DNA of 43,018 nucleotides from Gammaproteobacteria bacterium (GTDB lineage Bacteria; Pseudomonadota; Gammaproteobacteria; Natronospirales; REEB76): NCBI GenBank assembly GCA_028871235.1, contig JAGWNO010000001.1, positions 1 to 43,018 of the forward strand, read 5' to 3'. Shown piece by piece: positions 38,431 to 43,018 of this stretch (position 1 is its first letter; each line of letters starts with the position of its first letter). The notes under the pieces were generated by a model. It saw only the letters and a program-made list of their open reading frames with translations, ran no database searches and was not told where the DNA came from. The position numbers and the translations under genes were made by a program.

Positions 38431-40011
38431 TCAATCGGTGTCAAACTGCTCCCACCAGCGCCACGGCCGGGGCTGCGGAGTCTGCGGCATCGGCATGGAA
38501 GCAGCGGGGGGCAGCACGCGGTAGAGCACCATCGGGTCTTCCGCTTTGACTTCCAGGACTTTCTCAAAATACGGCGACCCGGGCGGCGGCAGGAATTTCA
38601 TGCTGTCCGGCTCACCGCTGTCGGGCAGATATTTGGTGTTCACCAGTATGTAGTCGCCGGGCTTGATCCTGCCCGTATGGATTTCCTCGTACAGTTCGCG
38701 GCTGGAACGCACGTAGGCCATGGGCGCGCCCAGCACGTACAGCGTCATGGGCCGCGGCCATTGGAAGCTGACGATGGTGCCGGGGTGTTTGGCCACCACC
38801 GCCTTGATCTGTTCAAAACCGGCAAGCCCGCCGATCTTGGCGTCGTTGAATGGCAGCCAGAGAATCACCAGGATTCCAAACAGCGCGATGAATCCCGTGG
38901 CCCAACTTTGCAATACACGGCGAGCGATTGTCCGCCAGCGGTCAGCGAACAGAAAATTTAGGCTGCCGAGTGCCAGCAGTGCGAAAGCCGGCGCCGCCGG
39001 CAGGATGTATTTGCTCTGCTTGGAGGCGGAGACAGTGAAGAACAGCAGGGTGAACAGCGCCCACACCAACAGCACCCGCCAGCGAAACTCGCGGATGTGG
39101 CGCAAACCGTAATAAATCCCGAAGGGCAGCAGCAGCGACAGCGGGAACAGATCGCCCCAGAGGGTCTGGGCGTACATCCACCAGGGTTGCAGGTGATCGA
39201 AGCCCGAGACGAAACGGGTGAAATTCTGGTAGATCAGCACCGCGTACACGAATTTCCAGCCCACGGCGAAACCGGCGGCGATATACCAGGGCACGATGCC
39301 GAGGAGCGCGAGCGCCAGACCGCGCATGGGCGCCATGCGCCAGGCTTCACGGAATACCCAGGCGCAGCGCGCACCGAGGGTGCCGGTATCAGCCGCCAGC
39401 GGCGGCGTCCGCAGCAGCGCGGCGAGTATCACTTCAAGGCCCATGGCCGGAAGCGTGATGGCCATGCCCACCGGCCCCTTGGCGGCGGTGGCGAGCAGCA
39501 CGCCCAGCCACAATTCCCAGGGAAAGCCGCGGAATCTGGAATCGGTGCGCCAGCGCGCGAAGCCGCTGAAGGCGATGAGCGTGCCCAGGATCAGCAGACT
39601 GTCGGACTGGGCGGTGAAGAAGTTGTAGAGGACCGCCGGCAGCGCCGCGGCGGTGAGTGGCAGCAGCCAGCGCGGCCAGCCGGGCGACAGTTCACGCTGC
39701 AGACGGCCGAGCCACCACACCCACAGCAGGAAACCGATATAGCCCGGCAGGCGGATGGCGGCGGTGAGCGGCAGGCCGAGGAATGTGCCCAGCAGGCCCA
39801 GCCAGAAATACAGCGGCGGATATTCGATGTAGGGCACGCCGTTCTTGATGGGGATAAGCCATTCGCCGCGGGCCAGCATCTCGCGCACCGCTTCTGCGAA
39901 CCTCGGTTCCATGGACGGCACCGGCCCGTGGTTGAAGAGCGCCGCGCCGTAGATGCAGGCGAGCGCCAGCAGCAGCCAGTTGAGCGGATCAAGTTTCCTC
40001 AATAAATGCAT
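38431..40011 (-). CDS. ArnT-like membrane glycosyltransferase (GT39/GT83 fold, undecaprenyl-phosphate-sugar dependent)
   Basis: 526 aa. The first periplasmic loop is typical of ArnT/PMT enzymes (EPRFAEAVREMLARGEWLIPIKNGVPYIEYPPLYFWL). It has more than 10 TM segments and a soluble C-terminal domain. Confidence 0.85.
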   Translation of the reverse strand: MHLLRKLDPLNWLLLALACIYGAALFNHGPVPSMEPRFAEAVREMLARGEWLIPIKNGVPYIEYPPLYFWLGLLGTFLGLPLTAAIRLPGYIGFLLWVWWLGRLQRELSPGWPRWLLPLTAAALPAVLYNFFTAQSDSLLILGTLIAFSGFARWRTDSRFRGFPWELWLGVLLATAAKGPVGMAITLPAMGLEVILAALLRTPPLAADTGTLGARCAWVFREAWRMAPMRGLALALLGIVPWYIAAGFAVGWKFVYAVLIYQNFTRFVSGFDHLQPWWMYAQTLWGDLFPLSLLLPFGIYYGLRHIREFRWRVLLVWALFTLLFFTVSASKQSKYILPAAPAFALLALGSLNFLFADRWRTIARRVLQSWATGFIALFGILVILWLPFNDAKIGGLAGFEQIKAVVAKHPGTIVSFQWPRPMTLYVLGAPMAYVRSSRELYEEIHTGRIKPGDYILVNTKYLPDSGEPDSMKFLPPPGSPYFEKVLEVKAEDPMVLYRVLPPAASMPMPQTPQPRPWRWWEQFDTD

Positions 40012-40085
40012 GCAGACCGCCGGTTGCAGCCGGGACGGCGGCCATCATAGCAAGTCTTTTTCATGCGATGATGCGGGCGGCAGCC

Positions 40086-40937
40086 ATGAATTACCGCCAT
40101 CAGTATCACGCCGGCAATTTCGCCGACATCATGAAACACACGGTACTGGCGGTGTTACTGGAGGCGCTCAACCGCAAGCCGGCGCCCTGGTGCTACTACG
40201 ACAGCCATGCGGGAGCCGGCGGTTACGATCTGCACAGCGATGCGGCAGTGAAGACCGGCGAAGCCGCCGGCGGCATCGGCTGCCTGTGGCGGTTGCAAGC
40301 GGAGATGTTGCCGCCGCCGCTGGCGCGCCTGCGTACCGTGGTGGCTGATTGCAATCCACAAGCGGACAGCAGCGCCATACCCCGTTTCTATCCCGGCTCA
40401 CCGTTGCTGGCCGCGGCATTCGCGCGCCCCGTTGATCGGCTGGTGCTGGCGGAACTGCATCCGCAGGATGCACAGCGGCTCAAGGCGCGTTTCCATTCCG
40501 ACCGCCGGGTGGCGGTGCACAGGCGCGACGGTTACGGGATGCTTACAGCGCTCATCCCGCCCGTCGAGCACCGCGGACTGGTGCTCATGGATCCGCCCTT
40601 CGAGAACGCCGATGAATTCACCCGGCTCGCGGAGGCGGCGGTTGCCGTTCACCGCCGCTGGCCCACGGGCATGTACGCTCTCTGGTATCCGGTCAAGGAG
40701 GAGGCCGCGGTGCGCCGCTTCCAGCGTGCCCTGAAAGAATCAGGGATCCGCCGCATCCTGCTGCTGGAATTCGGCATTGCGCCGGCGGATTCTCCCGGCC
40801 TGTCCGCCTGTGACATGGTCGTGGTGAACCCTCCATGGCGGAGCGACCACAGCTTTGCCGCAGCGCTGGATTTTCTCGCACAGGCGCTGGGGTCGCATCA
40901 GGGTCACAGCCGGGTTCGCTGGCTCACGGGGGAGTAA
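40086..40937 (+). CDS. rlmJ: 23S rRNA (adenine2030-N6)-methyltransferase RlmJ
   Basis: 283 aa from MNYRHQYHAGNFADIMKH (E. coli RlmJ starts MLSYRHSFHAGNHADVLKH), with YPGSP, DPPFE and WYP motifs. Confidence 0.9.
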   Translation: MNYRHQYHAGNFADIMKHTVLAVLLEALNRKPAPWCYYDSHAGAGGYDLHSDAAVKTGEAAGGIGCLWRLQAEMLPPPLARLRTVVADCNPQADSSAIPRFYPGSPLLAAAFARPVDRLVLAELHPQDAQRLKARFHSDRRVAVHRRDGYGMLTALIPPVEHRGLVLMDPPFENADEFTRLAEAAVAVHRRWPTGMYALWYPVKEEAAVRRFQRALKESGIRRILLLEFGIAPADSPGLSACDMVVVNPPWRSDHSFAAALDFLAQALGSHQGHSRVRWLTGE

Positions 40938-41013
40938 CCCCATGCACGCTCCGGCTGCTATGCGGCGGCCTGCCGCACGCCGGTGACGAGGATTACCTGG
41001 CGCCGGCAGCAGC

Positions 41014-41056
41014 TTGACAAGTGACTTTAAGTCACTTATAAATGACCAAAAGTCAT
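41014..41056 (+). promoter_or_regulatory. Consensus sigma70 promoter with embedded palindromic operators upstream of the TetR gene
   Basis: TTGACA (41014-41019), an exactly 17-nt spacer, then TATAAA (41037-41042). The spacer is itself a perfect palindrome, AGTGACTT-T-AAGTCACT (41020-41036). A second, related inverted repeat ATGAC-caaaa-GTCAT (41042-41056) covers the expected transcription start. A Shine-Dalgarno AAGGAAA at 41058-41064 precedes the ATG at 41071. Confidence 0.6.
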
Positions 41057-41070
41057 CAAGGAAACGCAAA

Positions 41071-41739
41071 ATGGCCGTGATCAACCGGGCCATGACCGGG
41101 GCCCAGAAACAGGCGCGCCGGGCCGAGATACTCAAGGTCGCCATGGGGCGTTTCGCCTTGACCTCCTATGCGACGCTCAGCATGGCGGACATCGCCAGGC
41201 AGGCGGGCGTCGCCAAGGGCACCTTGTACCTCTATTTCCACAGCAAGGAAGAGATGTTCCTGGCCTTGTGCGAGGAGGAGCTGGCGGACTGGTTCGCGGC
41301 ACTGGATACAGCGCTCGAACAGCGGCGTGCTGACATGAGCATCGCGGGCCTGGTGCAACTGTTCGCCGAGTCCATCGCTACCCGGCCGTACCTGCTGCGC
41401 TTGCTGGCGATCCTGCACACCGTGCTGGAGCAGAACGTGGACCACGACACGGCGCTGCGCTTCAAGACCTTCCTCAGGGAACGGCTGTTGAAGACCGGTG
41501 CCCTGCTGGAGGGATATCTGCGCTTCCTGGCACCCGGTCAGGGTGTGGAAGTGCTGCTCAAGATCGATGCCCTGGTCATCGGTTTGCAGCACCTGGCCGA
41601 ACCCTCCGAAGTGATGCGTGCGGTGCTGGCGCAACCGGAAATGGCCATGTTCCGGGTGGATCTGCAGCAGCAGATGCTCGACACCATGAAAATCCTGCTC
41701 ATGGGTCTTGCCTACGAGGCCAAATACAAACAGGCATGA
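41071..41739 (+). CDS. TetR/AcrR-family transcriptional regulator
   Basis: 222 aa from MAVINRAMTGAQKQARRAEIL, with the HTH MADIARQAGVAKGTLYLYFHSKEEMF. The 19 codons upstream in the track ORF cover the promoter. Confidence 0.85.
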   Translation: MAVINRAMTGAQKQARRAEILKVAMGRFALTSYATLSMADIARQAGVAKGTLYLYFHSKEEMFLALCEEELADWFAALDTALEQRRADMSIAGLVQLFAESIATRPYLLRLLAILHTVLEQNVDHDTALRFKTFLRERLLKTGALLEGYLRFLAPGQGVEVLLKIDALVIGLQHLAEPSEVMRAVLAQPEMAMFRVDLQQQMLDTMKILLMGLAYEAKYKQA

Positions 41740-42530
41740 ACACGTATCCGCTGCGCGGCAGGACCGCACTCATCACCGGCGCTTCCAGCGGTCTCGGCGC
41801 CGAATTCGCCCGCCAGCTGGCGGCCATGGGCTGTCACCTGGTCCTGGTGGCGCGCCGCGAGGGACGCCTGCAGCAGCTCAGCCAGGAGATCGCCGCCCAG
41901 CACGATGTCCACGTGCACATCATGCCGCTGGATCTGGCTGTGGTGGATGCGCCGCAGACGCTGCATGAGCGCATCCGGGACGCCGGCCTGGCGGTGGATG
42001 TGCTCATCAACAATGCCGGTTTCGGTCTGTACGGCGAGCATGCGCATATCCCCTGGGAGCAGGAGCGGCAGATGCTGATGCTGGATATCGTGGCATTGAT
42101 GCAGCTCACCAAGCTGTTTCTCGGCGACATGCTGCAGCGCGATAAAGGCTACATCCTGCAGCTGAGCTCCATCGGCGCCTATCAACCATCACCCGCCTAT
42201 GCCGCCTACAGCGCCGCCAAGACCTGCGTGCTGTATTTCGGCGAAGCGCTCAATTACGAACTGCGCCGCAGCAACGTGAGCTGCACGGTGTTGTCGCCGG
42301 GGGTCACCGCCACGGAATTCCTGCAGGTATCCGGCCAGCAGCCCACGCGCTACCAGCGGCTGTTCATGATGCAGAGTCCGGAGGTGGTGCGCATAGGCCT
42401 CAATGCCATGCTCAGGCGCAAACCGAGCGTGGTCGCTGGGCGCGTGAATGCCTTCATGGTATGGAGCAACCGCTTCATACCACGGCGCTGGTCGGCGGCG
42501 CTGACCCATCGGCTCATGACCATGCAGTGA
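41736..42530 (+). CDS. SDR-family oxidoreductase
   Basis: 264 aa with TGASSGLGAEFA, NNAG, and S...YSAAK. The start overlaps the TetR stop (ATGA 41736-41739). Confidence 0.9.
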   Translation: MNTYPLRGRTALITGASSGLGAEFARQLAAMGCHLVLVARREGRLQQLSQEIAAQHDVHVHIMPLDLAVVDAPQTLHERIRDAGLAVDVLINNAGFGLYGEHAHIPWEQERQMLMLDIVALMQLTKLFLGDMLQRDKGYILQLSSIGAYQPSPAYAAYSAAKTCVLYFGEALNYELRRSNVSCTVLSPGVTATEFLQVSGQQPTRYQRLFMMQSPEVVRIGLNAMLRRKPSVVAGRVNAFMVWSNRFIPRRWSAALTHRLMTMQ

Positions 42531-42567
42531 TGCGGAACTCGCGCGCAGGCATGCTCTGGACGGTCTT

Positions 42568-43018
42568 GTGAAACTGCTGGGGCCCGCCGACTACAGGATC
42601 ATGCCCTGGAAGAACGGCCGGGGGACGACCCGTGAGTTGGCGGTTTTCCCGGCAGATTCGGCGCTGAACGGCAAACCCTTTGCCTGGCGCGTGAGTATTG
42701 CCGACGTGGAAAGCGACTGCGAGTTCTCCCCATTTCCCGGCTACGACCGCAGCCTCATGCTCACGGAAGGGGCGGGTATGGAACTGGTGTTCGATGCCGC
42801 GCCGGCGGTGGTAATCCGGGATCGCTATGCGCCGGTGCGTTTGAGCGGCGACTGGCAGGCCCGCTGCCGGCTGCTGAACGGCGCGCTACGGGATTTCAAC
42901 GTGATGACGGCGCGGGCGCAGCTGTCGCACACCTGCGAGGCGGTGAGGCGGCACCCCCATGCGATCGCCTGGCAGCCGCGCTCCGAGACCCTGATGGTTT
43001 ACTGTTGCAAGGGCGCAG
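42568..43018 (+). CDS. HutD/Ves-family protein (partial; runs off the right edge of the window)
   Basis: The frame is open from the GTG at 42568 to the window end: VKLLGPADYRIMPWKNGRGTTRELAVFP...FAWRVSIADVESDCEFSPFPGYDRSLMLTEG... The W.NG.G.TrE and FS.FPG.DR motifs are typical of HutD. It is absent from the ORF track because no stop codon lies in the window. Confidence 0.75.
   Translation, partial: MKLLGPADYRIMPWKNGRGTTRELAVFPADSALNGKPFAWRVSIADVESDCEFSPFPGYDRSLMLTEGAGMELVFDAAPAVVIRDRYAPVRLSGDWQARCRLLNGALRDFNVMTARAQLSHTCEAVRRHPHAIAWQPRSETLMVYCCKGA

Noticed and set aside
37181-38434. 417-aa minus-strand ORF
   Set aside because: It is antisense to the EamA transporter (37379-38308), which has regular TM periodicity. 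The antisense product is His/Gln/Arg/Gly-rich and non-protein-like.

Overview
High-GC chromosomal segment with gammaproteobacterial core-genome synteny: cytochrome c4 / engB / polA, lptM-lysA, tamA-tamB, uvrD, pip-dtd, tatABC and rlmJ. About 46 protein-coding genes can be supported. Packing is dense, and the stretch 27516->10248 is entirely minus-strand with many 1-4 nt stop/start overlaps. I saw no rRNA, tRNA, CRISPR array, transposase/integrase or phage genes. Many long ORFs in the six-frame track are antisense or alternative-frame artefacts typical of high-GC DNA. The most interesting signals are non-coding and are not explained by the ORF track. (1) A candidate Csr/Rsm-family (CsrA-sequestering) sRNA lies at ~31165-31330 (-). 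It has six GGA motifs in 55 nt, one 11/12 match to the CsrA SELEX consensus, a strong intrinsic terminator, and a near-consensus GacA/UvrY box 60-70 nt upstream. (2) A candidate Spot 42/ErsA-like sRNA lies in the conserved polA-engB gap (~1317-1436, -), with a sigmaE/AlgU-type promoter and a strong terminator. Other oddities: a HisA paralogue with altered catalytic and phosphate-binding motifs directly upstream of tatABC; lysA with no canonical start codon near its conserved N-terminus and an ATGA overlap with polA; an NRDE / S9-peptidase / tamA / tamB chain joined by overlapping stop/start codons; a possibly leaderless uvrD; a textbook TetR promoter/operator; and several small membrane ORFs, one below the ORF-track cutoff. 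All calls come from reading the sequence and from remembered family motifs. No database search was run.
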